In this document: piece by piece, positions 24,720-35,898 of the stretch | How positions within the stretch are numbered: the stretch's first letter is position 1 | Layout: each line of letters opens with the position of its first letter | Source of the DNA: Folioceros fuciformis | Taxonomy: Eukaryota | Direction of reading: 5' to 3' | Assembly: GCA_049999805.1 (NCBI GenBank) | Contig: JBNGIO010006217.1 | Span: 124,543 to 188,542 of the forward strand | DNA length: 64,000 nt | Notes under the pieces: generated by a model | Told to the model about the DNA's origin: nothing | The model's database searches: none | The model's input: the letters and a program-made list of their open reading frames with translations, nothing else | Made by a program: the position numbers and the translations under genes

Positions 24720-26918
24720 ATGGCTGCTTGGTGTGGTGGGATTGAGTCATGCAAAAGGCAGCAGGATCTGTTGTTGTTGGGGTGGACGCAGCAGTTTGGT
24801 GGTGGGGGGGTGACGGGTATTGTAGGAAATGGGCCTGCTCGCCTGACTTCAAGGACCCTGCTGTCGTTGACAGGCCAGGAATGTGTAAAGTGGAGCACAT
24901 TCTCGACATGCACGGGGGCTGCCCGTGCAAGGTCATTCTTGATTGGAGATGGATCTACATTGAAGTGGGATAGCAGGCAAAGTAGGATCCAGGCTAGGGG
25001 CTTGTGGGGGGAGACCGTGAGCCAGCTTTGTGATGGGGGCCATGTCACTGAGGCTGTTGAGGCTCTGGGGGTTCTGGTGCAGACAGATGGAGAGATTCCC
25101 ACATCTCTGCTTTATAAAGTGGTGAGGAGGTGTGTGGTGGAGAAGAATCTTGTGCTGGGTCGCCGTGTGCATGCCTTCATAGTGAAGAAGGGATATGAGT
25201 CGGATACGTTTCTGGGCAATCACATCCTGCGGATGTATGCTTCTCACGGTAGGTTGCAAGAAGCGATGGATGTGTTCAGTGCGGTGGAGGAGGCAGATGC
25301 CTTCATGTGGTCTTCGGTCATCGCTGCACATGTTAGACAAGGGCAGGATAAGGAGGCCATACGATTGTATCGTAGGATGCGGGTGTCAAGAGTGAGGCCG
25401 GATGGGCATGTGTTTGTGGCAGCCCTTCAGGCTTGTGCAAGGGGATTGGACTTGGAGGCTGGGCAGGAAGTGCATGCTGATGTGTTGGCCGGTGGAGTGC
25501 AGCCGGATGTGTTTGTGTGTAACTGCTTGGTGGATATGTATGCCAAGTGCGGCAGCTTGGAGGATGCTGAGAGAGTGTTTCACGGGCTTGGTGAGAAGAC
25601 TGTGGTCACCTGGAATGCTATGATAGCAGGGTATTCGCAGAAGGGCATGGGGCAGAAAGCCCTTGATGTGTACAGGGCAATGCAGGGCGAAGGCTTGGTT
25701 GAGCCTGACTCTGTGACATTTGCCTGCCTCCTGCAGGCATGTGCAAGTGTGGGCACCCCAGCTTTGGAGAGGGGGAGGGAGCTCCATGCGCAGATCAGAG
25801 ATCAAGGGCATGAAGCTGATGTGTTTGTAGCCAGCAGTCTGGTGAACATGTATGCCAAGTGTGGCAGCGTGGGAGACGCACAGAGGGTGTTCGACAGACT
25901 TGGTCACAAGAACGTGGTGACGTGGACTACCATGATAGCAGGGTATTCCCAGCAGGGCATGGGGCAGGAAGCCCTCCGTTTATACGCTGCTATGCAAGAA
26001 GAAGGCATTGCTGTACCCGATGCTGTGACATTTGCCTGTCTCCTGCAGGCATGTGCAAATGTGGCAGCTCTGCATCTGGGAAGGCAGCTACATGCACAGA
26101 TCAAGGAGCGGAGGCTTCAAGCTGATGTGTTCATAGCCGGCAGTCTGATAAGCATGTACGGGAAGTCCGGCAGTATGGGCGATGCTCAGGAGGTGTTTGA
26201 TGCGATGCACGAACGCGATGTCATTGCCTGGAGTGCACTGATTGCAGGTTACACTTCTCAAGGCAACAGCGAGATGGTGTTTCACTTGTTCCACAGAATG
26301 GTTCAGGATGGTATACGTCCAACCGGCACCACATTCCTCAGTCTTCTGACAGTATGCAGCTATACAGGTCTAGTGAGCAAGGGGCAAGAGTACTTCCAGG
26401 CTATGAGCCCACAGCATGGCATCCGTCCTGGTGTGGAGCACTACACGTGCTTGGTTGATCTCCTGGGTCGTGCTGGCCGACTGGACGAAGCTCTAGTGTT
26501 GGTACGGTCCATGCCTGTACCCCCTGATGCTACAGTTTGGAGCACTCTGTTGGGTGCCTGTCAAAAGTGGAGCAACGTGGATGTAGGCCGCTATGCTTTC
26601 GATGAAGCAGTGAAGCTGGATAAGAAAGATCCGGCAGCATACGTGCTAATGCTGAACATATACGGGGGTGCCCAGATGTGGGAGCAGGCACAAGAAATGC
26701 AGACAAGGAGAGTAGGGACTGGGGCATGGAAGCAGCCAGGTCAGAGTTGCTGGACAGACATGGACGGCCTGGTGCACATCTTCCGGGCTGGGCACGAGAA
26801 GCATGAGCATCAACCTCCTGGGAGTGATACAAAATTGAAACAGCAGAGCTCCTCCCAAGATGAAGGAGCAGGGATCGTACTAACATCTCCAATGTCGACA
26901 TGTCTGATTGTGGGATGA
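24720..26918 (+). CDS. PLS-class PPR RNA-editing factor, E1-E2-E+ (WW-type PG box), DYW domain truncated
   Basis: P-L-S triplets (LVDMYAKCGS, VVTWNAMIAGY, VTFACLLQACA), HYTCLVDLLGRAG, E motifs, then WKQPGQSCWTDMDGLVHIF. No in-frame HxE or CxxC. Intronless. Confidence 0.93.
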   Translation: MAAWCGGIESCKRQQDLLLLGWTQQFGGGGVTGIVGNGPARLTSRTLLSLTGQECVKWSTFSTCTGAARARSFLIGDGSTLKWDSRQSRIQARGLWGETVSQLCDGGHVTEAVEALGVLVQTDGEIPTSLLYKVVRRCVVEKNLVLGRRVHAFIVKKGYESDTFLGNHILRMYASHGRLQEAMDVFSAVEEADAFMWSSVIAAHVRQGQDKEAIRLYRRMRVSRVRPDGHVFVAALQACARGLDLEAGQEVHADVLAGGVQPDVFVCNCLVDMYAKCGSLEDAERVFHGLGEKTVVTWNAMIAGYSQKGMGQKALDVYRAMQGEGLVEPDSVTFACLLQACASVGTPALERGRELHAQIRDQGHEADVFVASSLVNMYAKCGSVGDAQRVFDRLGHKNVVTWTTMIAGYSQQGMGQEALRLYAAMQEEGIAVPDAVTFACLLQACANVAALHLGRQLHAQIKERRLQADVFIAGSLISMYGKSGSMGDAQEVFDAMHERDVIAWSALIAGYTSQGNSEMVFHLFHRMVQDGIRPTGTTFLSLLTVCSYTGLVSKGQEYFQAMSPQHGIRPGVEHYTCLVDLLGRAGRLDEALVLVRSMPVPPDATVWSTLLGACQKWSNVDVGRYAFDEAVKLDKKDPAAYVLMLNIYGGAQMWEQAQEMQTRRVGTGAWKQPGQSCWTDMDGLVHIFRAGHEKHEHQPPGSDTKLKQQSSSQDEGAGIVLTSPMSTCLIVG

Positions 26919-27371
26919 AGGTAACTTCTTCTGTACGTCAAGCCCTCTGGGATGAAAGGCTGTGAGGCGAGTGACCTTCCTTCAACAAGGGTACACTGAA
27001 GAAACTGAATCTGGTACCGTGATCGTGGTTAGGAACCTGCACACACAGGATGCCACCCAAGGGTCGCAGCAAGGGAAGGGAAAACGGTCCTACAACGACC
27101 TGAGAAACTGAAGCCCAACCCAGCTCAGGTCTCACATGCTTAAACGTATCCAATCAAACCGTCCGAGAAGGTCGAAACCAATTTGAATTGGGTTCGTCAG
27201 AATCGATTCCAAGCTTCCAGACGCTGCGCCATCGCCTCTGGGCCGAGCTTTTGTGGGCTTCTATGGCGAGACCTAGAGAGACTAACTTAGGGGTCTTTGC
27301 GAATTCCACCTCCTGTTTGGCAGGCAGGGCGGACTTTAGGACTTGGACGAGGCGAGGGAAGGGAAGCGCTG

Positions 27372-29134
27372 ATGGACGTGGTGGTAAGCCAGGCGGGATC
27401 GGGTAAGGTGATTGACAAAGTGGTGGTGCATCCTCTAGTGCTGCTCAGCATCGTGGACAATTACAATCGGGTGGCCAAGGACACTCGCAAGCGCGTGCTG
27501 GGGGTTCTGCTGGGAGCGACTTTCCGCGGCCGCGTCGACGTCACCAACAGCTATGCCGGTGCCCGCTCGTTTCCCGCTCTCTGGCTCTAGTGGTTGTATC
27601 TGCGCACGTTCTCACTGGGACGTGGGGATATGTTGCCTCGCAGTGCCGTTTGAGGAGGACGACAAAGATACGAGTATCTGGTTTCTGGATCACAACTACC
27701 ACGAGCAGATGTTCGACATGTTCAAGAGGATAAACGGTATGAGGAAGGCGGACACTGCAGCTTGTGTTGTAGGTTTTTTCGGTGTTCAGTCTGCCGTCGG
27801 TTGGCTCATGGTTGGTGCCTGGTTGTGCGCAGCCAAGGAGCAGGTGGTAGGATGGTACAGCACTGGTCCCAGGCTGCGGGAGAATGATCTGGACATTCAT
27901 GAGCTGTTTCGGGAGTAGGTGTCGGTGCTTGTTTGTCAGCCTTTCGTTGATGTGTCCGGAGCCAAGGAGTGGTAGAATTGTGGTGACGGGGGAACGACGG
28001 AACGGTGGTTGCAGCTATGCTCCGAACCCGGTCTTGGTGATCATCGACGTGCAGCCGAGAGAGCTCGGAATTCCAACCAAGGCATACTACGCGGTTGAGG
28101 AAGTGAAGGAGGTATGTTACGACTGGCGTTATGCTGGTTTCAAACACGACACATGCTCACCTGCGATTGCCTGTGCAGGATGCAACGCAGAAGAGTCAAA
28201 AAGTCTTCGTTCACGTTCCTTCAGAAATTGGTGCTTATGAAGCTGAGGAGATCGGTATGCTTGAGTTTGGAATTTTCTTGACGGATTGTAGAGTTTGTCA
28301 TGTACAGTACAGTAAAAGGGATGCTTTGATTTCTTTTGTCTAGGAGTCGAACATCTCTTGAGGGATGTGAAAGATGCGACAGTCAGTACTCTAGCATCCG
28401 AGGTATCGTAGTTCCTCGGTTGTGGAAACTGCACTATTTTGGTTGCCCTCTCTTTTCTTTGAATCCATGTTTCTGTGTCTCCTGAAATCTGCTTCCTTGC
28501 TGCACAGGTAGGAGGGAAGATAGTTGCACTGAAGGGATTGAAAGGTCGACTCAACGAAATCCACTCGTACCTAGACCATGTTGTGGAAGGTCATCTTCCA
28601 CTTAGCCACGAGACATTGTACCACCTCCAGGTAGAAGCTTGCTACGTGCTGGTGTGCCTGACATGTTTCCGTGTTTTTGAAAACGTACTAAACCACGCTT
28701 CGCTTTCCTCTGCAGGACGTATTTAATCTTCTTCCTAACTTGAATATAGATGAATTGATTAAGGCTTTTGCAGGTATAGTCACGGCCCTCTTGGCATAAT
28801 CTATTCCCCATCAGGTTGTCTTTTCTCATTTGATGCTCTTTGAAAGAAAGATGCTCATCCGTTCTATGCTGGTTGACAGTGAAAACAAATGATATGATGC
28901 TTGTTATCTACCTTTCTGCACTGATCCGTAGCGTGGTTGCTCTTCACAATCTGATCAACAACAAGGTAGTACTTGGATGTTGATGCCTTGTTTCCTTATT
29001 TTCTTCTGCTATGTGAGTCCTTCTCAGTGATCAAAGCTCGTTTTGCTTCGTTGCAGCTGTTGAACAAGGAACACGAAAGACTGGCAGATGCAGCATCAGG
29101 AGAAATTGCCATTCCTGCCGGTTCCGGTAGTTAA
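27372..29134 (+). CDS. RPN8: 26S proteasome regulatory lid subunit RPN8 (PSMD7, MPN domain), multi-exon
   Basis: [107 protein letters not shown] at 29132-29134. Confidence 0.97.
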
Positions 29135-29492
29135 TTAGGTACCTGGGTCCTGTGACTGTGATTTTTAGTACCCGTGAGGGGATTGCGAGACATTTTTTCG
29201 TCCCAAACCGAAACCGTCCAATGATTCACTATATTCTCATGCTTCCGGTCACTCTTTCCCGCGCACATGCAGTCAGCTATGTAGACAATCCGGAAGATAT
29301 CGTCGCGTCCAAAAGGCACAGGGCTCCACGGCCCTTATGCACAGCCACACTCCCCATCTAGTTCACAGGATGGCCGAGTTCCTTGGCCTCCCAAACTCCC
29401 GTATGTATAATACAATAAATGTGATGATATACAACAGCTGTATAAAGCTCTACACAAGGCGTGTTTTACAAACATTGCTACGAGCAATGGCT

Positions 29493-30775
29493 TTACAAGA
29501 GCTGCACAGCGGCGATCATAGGAATTTTCTCCCGGAGCTTCTGTGTGACGGCGACACGAACTGTCATTACACCAGCCGCAGGCCCATCTATCTGTATTTT
29601 CACCACAGGACCGTCGATCTTAACCAGAGTCAGCGTGCCCCCCACGGTACCCGCCAAATAAGGCCTTATTTCCGAAAGCAACTATGACAGCAAACCGGCA
29701 ATTTCAGTAAGTAACAATGACAAGCATGAATACCTGACGGATACCATCGAAATCCGAGAGATCCTCCGAAAGGGAGTAAAGCGGCTCACCTTCTCAACGT
29801 TCTCTTCGTTCAGGGCCAGCCCTGTCTCCTCATCCATCACCTGCTCTACACCTACAATTTCTGGAATGGCCTCTACTAGCCGCCTCTCAATTCCCATCTT
29901 CATAGTCATGAGCGAGCTCGGACAGGATCCGCACGCACCCTGAAGCTTGAGCTTCACAACGAGTCCATCTATTTCGTGCAAGGCAACATTTCCCCCGTCC
30001 GACATGAGATAAGGCCGCACTTCATCCAGCACTTTCTCCACATTCTCCTCCGTCAGCTCTAACCCTGTCACAGGAGTCTGCGGAGTTGCCACCGCCTGAA
30101 AAACAACTGCACTGCATACAAGCTCGGCGTGAGTCACACAAACCTGCTCTACTCAAGCAGCAACCAGCTCGTTGCTCACCTTTCCTGTCTAACCGCTGAA
30201 TTGTGTCGATGTGAGAATTCAGCAGCAGGCCGTAGGGCTGTTTCTTCTGCACGTTAGGTCTCCATGCCCATCTGGTCCTGCGCATCATCAGCGAGAGTAA
30301 AGACTCCCGAATCCAAGGATCTGTCCTCAAAACCACCACAAGGGAGAGCTCGGGTGTTACTTGTTTCCGCCGTCCTCACTGACTCTGTGGCCGATGCGGA
30401 TGTGCCTGCCGGCGTAGAACCCTTGCCGGACCGCAATTTTCGTGGCCATATTATCGTCTCCTCACAAGGAGTCTGCTCGCGTCCAACCACGACGGCACGC
30501 AGGAAGCAGGTTCGTCGGGAACCGATGTCCACCTTGCGTTACATGCTCTCCAACCCTATCATGTGGGTTTAACGCGGGCCAGTCACGGTGTTGTGAAGCC
30601 CTGACAAAACGGCCGGAAAGACGAATTTTTCGTCCAGCCGTTTGTAAAAAATTCGCTGAACTAAGGATTTTAATGAATCTAAACGTGCAGGTCTTTCTGT
30701 GACGACGAGAGCAGAAAATGTGTTTTTATGGCTCTGATGGAGTCTGCGACCATGGAGTATGCATGGGGTGGCCAT
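29493..30775 (-). CDS. NFU: Plastid NifU-like Fe-S cluster carrier (NFU2/NFU3 type); 5' exons and start uncertain
   Basis: AVATP...[26 protein letters not shown]...[11 protein letters not shown] (CxxC), followed by a second degenerate NFU domain [14 protein letters not shown]...[22 protein letters not shown]. Confidence 0.9.
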
Positions 30776-31215
30776 GGCATGTTATGGCGTCCGGTAAGGT
30801 GGGTTGCAGGCCTTGCTGGCCTACGGAGATTGACAATAGTGCGCTGCAGATGCCTATTCGTAGTACATACGCGTGGAGACTGTAGATCTGCCTGCTTACA
30901 ATGCCTCGGACTTGATGCAATTGATAGCTTCACTCGCATGGATGGAAATGATATTGTTACGTCCTTGCCAATTGTTATCTCCTGCGAGCTGCACAAGAGG
31001 AGGAATGGGAGAGACATCACAGGCATTTGCTGTCTCCCAGGGTGAGATCCTGATTCTCCCCTCGTCCCCTTGTTTCACAGTGGCATGTACCTGTCAATCA
31101 AGTCTGCTCCTTGTCAGGTTGTTATGAAAAAACATAGTCTGATGCTTCAGGTTCTACCATTGGCAAACTTCAAGTTTGCTCCACCTTTAATCCATTCTGC
31201 GTTCTCCTGCGGGGC

Positions 31216-34200
31216 ATGGCTGTTTGGAGATTACCTGGCGTCCGAGGAAGAGGTCCCGCTCATCTTTCTCCAAGGAGCCAACTGATGGCAAACAACGGTG
31301 CCACGAGGTGCGGTGCCTTTGTAGCAAAAGGAAGTCTGGCTGGAGAGGCATCTTACAACTTCCATGTATGGCGGCGACAGTTTTATTCGGATCCCACGCT
31401 TTGGTGGGAAAGCAGACAGCAGGATAGTTGTGGTTCCCTGGATCCTCGGCTAAGGGAGCCTCAGGATATTCTTTTCTTTGACGAACTTAGCAAGTCAGCT
31501 CGTGGGGTGGCTGCTCTGGACGTGCACATGGGTGGTTGTGCTCCTCCATCCAACTCGATCGTTCCCCATGATTTTCACCCTCGCAGACCTGTAGGATACG
31601 AAATGGAGATCACAGCTGAAACCGTGAGCAAGTCATGTCACCAGGGACAGCTCGCTGAGGCCATTGAGGCTCTGGGAGTTCTTGTGCACACCCACGTCGA
31701 CATCTCCACATCTCTGTTTTACACAGTCCTAAAAGAATGTGTGGCTAAGAAGGATCTGGTTCTGGCTCGCCTTATTCATGCTCTCATGGTGAAGAAAGGA
31801 TATGAAACGAACACGTTCCTGTGCAACCACATCCTCCGAGTGTATGCTTCTCATGGCAGGTTGAAAGAAGCTATGGGCGTGTTCACTGTGGTGGAAAAAC
31901 CAGATGTCTTCACCTGGTGTGCCATAATCTCCGCCCATGTCAAACACGGACAGGACATACAGGCCATAGAGCTATATCAGCAGATGCGCCGGTCAAGTGT
32001 GAAACCAAATGGGCATGTGTTTGCAGCAGCCCTTCAGGCGTGTGCAATGGGGGGGAACATGAAATTAGGGCAGCAGGTGCATATTGATGTCTTGGCTAGT
32101 GGCATTCAGCCTGACTTGTTTGTGTGCAGCAGCTTGGTGGACATGTATGCCAAGTGCGGTAGCTTGGATGACGCTCGAAGGGTCTTTGACGGGCTACCTC
32201 AGAAGGATGTTGTGACTTGGAATGCCATGATTGGAGGATATTCCCAGCAGGGTATGGGACGAGAAGCCCTTCGTGTTTACAGTGCTATGCAAGCAAGTGG
32301 CGGGACTGCACCCAACTCTGTGACATACGTGTGCCTTCTGCAGGCATGTGCTAGTGTGCGTATCCCAGCTTTGGAGAGTGGTAGGCAGCTTCATGCACAG
32401 ATAGGAGAACGAGGACTTCAGGCTGATGTAGTGTTAGGTGGGAGCCTGGTGAACATGTACGCAAAGTGCGGTAGTCTGGAGGATGCTCGAGGCGTATTTG
32501 ATGGACTCGGGCGAAAGAATGTGGTGACGTGGAATGCCATGATATCAGGATATTGTCAGCACGGCATGGGCCAGCAAGCCCTTGGTCTTCGCAGAGTTAT
32601 GCAAGAAGATTGCGCAGTACCTGATCCTGTGACTTTGGTCTGCCTTTTGCAGGCATGTGCAAGTGTGGGCAGCTCAGCTTTGGAGGAGGGGAGGCAGATT
32701 CATTCACAAATCAGAGAAAGAGGACTTCAGGCTGATGTTGTTATTGCTAGCAGTTTGGTGGACATGTATGCAAAATGTGGCAGCATAGAGGAAGCTCGAG
32801 GCCTATTTGACAGACTTGTTCAAAAAAACGTGGTGACATGGAGTGCCATGATAGCTGGATACGCCCACCAGGACATGGGTCAGGAGTCCCTCCTTCTTTA
32901 CGACGCTATGCAAAAAGAAGGTATGACTTTACCCAATCTGGTGACATTTGTGTGCCTGTTGCAGGTATGTGCAAGTTTGGGTATCTCGGCTTTGGAGAAG
33001 GGAAGGCAGCTTCATGCGCAAATCATCAAACAAGGACTTGAGGGTGATATTTTACTGGCCAACGGCTTGGTGAGCATGTATATAAAGTGCGGCAGCCTGG
33101 AGGATGCTCAGGGCGTGTTTACTAGTATTAGTGTAAAGAATATTGTGACGTGGAATGCCATGATATCAGCATACTCCCAGCAGGGCATGGGGCAGGAAGC
33201 GCTTCTTCTCTACAGTGCTATGCAAAAAGAGGGCATTGTTTTACCCAATACTGTGACGTTCGTTTCTCTCCTGCAGGCATGTGCAGCTATGGGGACCCGG
33301 TCTCTGGAGCAGGGGAAGCAATTTCATGCTGAGATTGTAAAACGAGGGCTTGTGGCGGATGTAGTTGTGGGAGGGAGCCTGGTGAACATGTACGCAAAGT
33401 GTGGCAGCCTGGAGGATGCTCGGGCTGTATTTGAGGGACTTGGAAAAAAGAATGTGGTGACATGGAGTGCTCTCATAGCAGGATATTCCCAACAGGACAT
33501 GGGCCATGAGGCCCTAGATCTCTACAGCGCTATGCAAGAAGAAGCTGTCACTGTACCCGATTCTGTAACATTTGTATCCCTCCTGCAAGCATGTGCGAGT
33601 GTTGGCCTCGCAGGTCTAGAGAAGGGGAAGGAGCTTCATGCACAAATTAGAGAACAAGGACTACATGATGACGTTTCTGTTGCCAACAGCTTGGTAAACA
33701 TGTATGCAAAGTGTGGCAACCTAGAGGATGCACAGGGTGTGTTCGACGGACTTTGTCAAAGAAATGTGGTCACATGGAGTGCCTTGATAGCTGGTTATTC
33801 CCAGCAGGGCATGGGTGAGGAAGCCCTTCGCCTTTACAAAGCTATGCAAGAAGAAGGCATTGTTACGCCGAATTCCGTGACATTTGTGTGTCTCCTGCAG
33901 GCATATGTCAGTTTGGGCACCACTAGTTTGGACACTGGGAAGCAGCTTCATGAGCAGATTAGAGATCAAGGACTTGAGACTGATGTTGTTGTAGGTGGGA
34001 GCCTGGTCAACATGTACGCAAAGTGTGGTAGGCTGGAGGATGCTCTGTGTGTGTTCAAGAGACTCAGTCGAAAGACTGTAGTTACGTGGAATGCCATGAT
34101 TGGAGGATACTGTCAGAGAGGGATGGCACAGGAAGCTCTTGATCTCTACGCGGTCATGCAAATGGAAAATGCGATTGTACCTGATTCTGTGACATTCCTT

Positions 34201-35898
34201 TGTCTTCTTCAGTCGTGTGCAAGTTTAGGCACTCCAGCGTTGGAAAAAGGGAAGCAACTTCATGCAGCACTCAGAGAACAAGGACTCCAAGCTGACATGT
34301 TTGTCGCTAGCAGTTTGGTGGACATGTACGCAAAATGTGGCAGCCTGAAAGATGCTCGGGCCCTGTTTGATGGATTGGGGGAGAAGAATGTGGGGACATG
34401 GAATGCCATGATAGCGGGATATTCCCAGCAAGGCATGGGGATGGAAGCTCTCTGTCTTCATAAGGCTATGCAAGAGGAGGGCATCTCTAAACCCAACAGT
34501 GTGTCCTTTGTGTGCCTCCTGCAGTCATGTGCAAGTTTAGGCCCTCCAGCTTTGGAGCAGGGGAAACAACTCCATGCAGCTGTCACAGAACAAGGTCTCC
34601 AGGCTAATGTGGTTATAGCCAACAGCTTGGTGAACATGTATGCAAAATGCGGTAGCCTAGAAGATGCTAAGAAGATGTTCGCTGGCCTTCCTCAGAAAGA
34701 CGTGGTGACATGGAATTCCATGATAGCAGGGATTTCCCAGCAGGGCATGGGACTAGAAGCCCTTAATCTTGTCAATGATATGCCACATGAGAGCATGGCT
34801 GAACCAAGTGCTGTGACACTCGTGTGCCTACTCCAGGCTTGTGCCAGTGTGGGCCCCCTGGCATTGGAACAAGGGAGGCAGCTTGATGCACGAATTAGGG
34901 AACGAGGTCTTCAAGAGGATGTATTTCTGGCGAGCAGTCTAGTCAACATGTATGCAAAGTGTGGCAGCCTCGAGCATGCTCGCGCAGTGTTTGATGGACT
35001 CAGTGAAAAAAATGTGGTGACATGGAGTGCCATGATATCTGGATATTCCCAGCAGGGCATGGGGCAGGAAGCGCTTCGTCTCTACAGTGCTATGCAGCAA
35101 GAAGGCATTGTTGTACCGAATTCCGTGACATTCGTCTGTCTACTTCAAGCTTGTGCATCTGTGGCGGCTTTGGATTCTGGAAGGCAGATTCATGCACAGA
35201 TCAAAAAGCGAGGGCTGGAAACTGATTTGCTTGTAGCTGGCAGTCTGATGAGTATGTATGGAAAATGCGGCAGTGCCGTCGATGCTCAACAGCTTTTCGA
35301 GGCACTGGAGGAAAGAAACGTTGCCATCTGGAATGCACTGATTGCGGCATACTCCCGGCAGGGACACAGCGAAAAGGTTTTCGATTTGGTCGTCAGGATG
35401 AGTGAGGACGGCATCAAGCCAGACGGCGTTACATTCTTGAGTCTCCTGGCAGTATGCAGCCACGGAGGTCTAGTGAAGAGGGGACGAGATTACTTCGACA
35501 CGATGAGCAAAGACTACGGCATCGCCCCCACAGTGGACCATTACACATGCATGGTCGATCTCCTCGGTCGTGCCGGCCAACTGGACGACGCACTAGCTGT
35601 AGCAAGGACAATGCCTGTACTCCCTACCGCTGCAGTATGGCACACTCTACTAGGCGCTTGTCAAAAGTGGAGAAACGTGGAGATCGCATTTGATGCGTTC
35701 AGCGAAGCAGTCAAGCTAGACAAGAAGGACGCTGCATCCTACGTGTTGATGTCGAATATATACACAAGTGCTCAGATGTGGGAGCAGGCACAAGAAATGC
35801 ACGCGAGAAGAGTCCAAATGAAGGCATGGAAGCAGCCTGGCCTGACCTGGTGGACAGACATGGATGGACTGGTGCACAATTTCTCTGTGAGGAAGTGA
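31216..35898 (+). CDS. Very long (1560 aa) PLS-class PPR RNA-editing factor, about 12 PLS triplets, E1-E2-E+ (WW-type), DYW domain truncated
   Basis: Twelve S-type motifs at a ~312-nt period, then HYTCMVDLLGRAG and E motifs, ending WKQPGLTWWTDMDGLVHNFSVRK*. Intronless. Confidence 0.95.
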   Translation: MAVWRLPGVRGRGPAHLSPRSQLMANNGATRCGAFVAKGSLAGEASYNFHVWRRQFYSDPTLWWESRQQDSCGSLDPRLREPQDILFFDELSKSARGVAALDVHMGGCAPPSNSIVPHDFHPRRPVGYEMEITAETVSKSCHQGQLAEAIEALGVLVHTHVDISTSLFYTVLKECVAKKDLVLARLIHALMVKKGYETNTFLCNHILRVYASHGRLKEAMGVFTVVEKPDVFTWCAIISAHVKHGQDIQAIELYQQMRRSSVKPNGHVFAAALQACAMGGNMKLGQQVHIDVLASGIQPDLFVCSSLVDMYAKCGSLDDARRVFDGLPQKDVVTWNAMIGGYSQQGMGREALRVYSAMQASGGTAPNSVTYVCLLQACASVRIPALESGRQLHAQIGERGLQADVVLGGSLVNMYAKCGSLEDARGVFDGLGRKNVVTWNAMISGYCQHGMGQQALGLRRVMQEDCAVPDPVTLVCLLQACASVGSSALEEGRQIHSQIRERGLQADVVIASSLVDMYAKCGSIEEARGLFDRLVQKNVVTWSAMIAGYAHQDMGQESLLLYDAMQKEGMTLPNLVTFVCLLQVCASLGISALEKGRQLHAQIIKQGLEGDILLANGLVSMYIKCGSLEDAQGVFTSISVKNIVTWNAMISAYSQQGMGQEALLLYSAMQKEGIVLPNTVTFVSLLQACAAMGTRSLEQGKQFHAEIVKRGLVADVVVGGSLVNMYAKCGSLEDARAVFEGLGKKNVVTWSALIAGYSQQDMGHEALDLYSAMQEEAVTVPDSVTFVSLLQACASVGLAGLEKGKELHAQIREQGLHDDVSVANSLVNMYAKCGNLEDAQGVFDGLCQRNVVTWSALIAGYSQQGMGEEALRLYKAMQEEGIVTPNSVTFVCLLQAYVSLGTTSLDTGKQLHEQIRDQGLETDVVVGGSLVNMYAKCGRLEDALCVFKRLSRKTVVTWNAMIGGYCQRGMAQEALDLYAVMQMENAIVPDSVTFLCLLQSCASLGTPALEKGKQLHAALREQGLQADMFVASSLVDMYAKCGSLKDARALFDGLGEKNVGTWNAMIAGYSQQGMGMEALCLHKAMQEEGISKPNSVSFVCLLQSCASLGPPALEQGKQLHAAVTEQGLQANVVIANSLVNMYAKCGSLEDAKKMFAGLPQKDVVTWNSMIAGISQQGMGLEALNLVNDMPHESMAEPSAVTLVCLLQACASVGPLALEQGRQLDARIRERGLQEDVFLASSLVNMYAKCGSLEHARAVFDGLSEKNVVTWSAMISGYSQQGMGQEALRLYSAMQQEGIVVPNSVTFVCLLQACASVAALDSGRQIHAQIKKRGLETDLLVAGSLMSMYGKCGSAVDAQQLFEALEERNVAIWNALIAAYSRQGHSEKVFDLVVRMSEDGIKPDGVTFLSLLAVCSHGGLVKRGRDYFDTMSKDYGIAPTVDHYTCMVDLLGRAGQLDDALAVARTMPVLPTAAVWHTLLGACQKWRNVEIAFDAFSEAVKLDKKDAASYVLMSNIYTSAQMWEQAQEMHARRVQMKAWKQPGLTWWTDMDGLVHNFSVRK

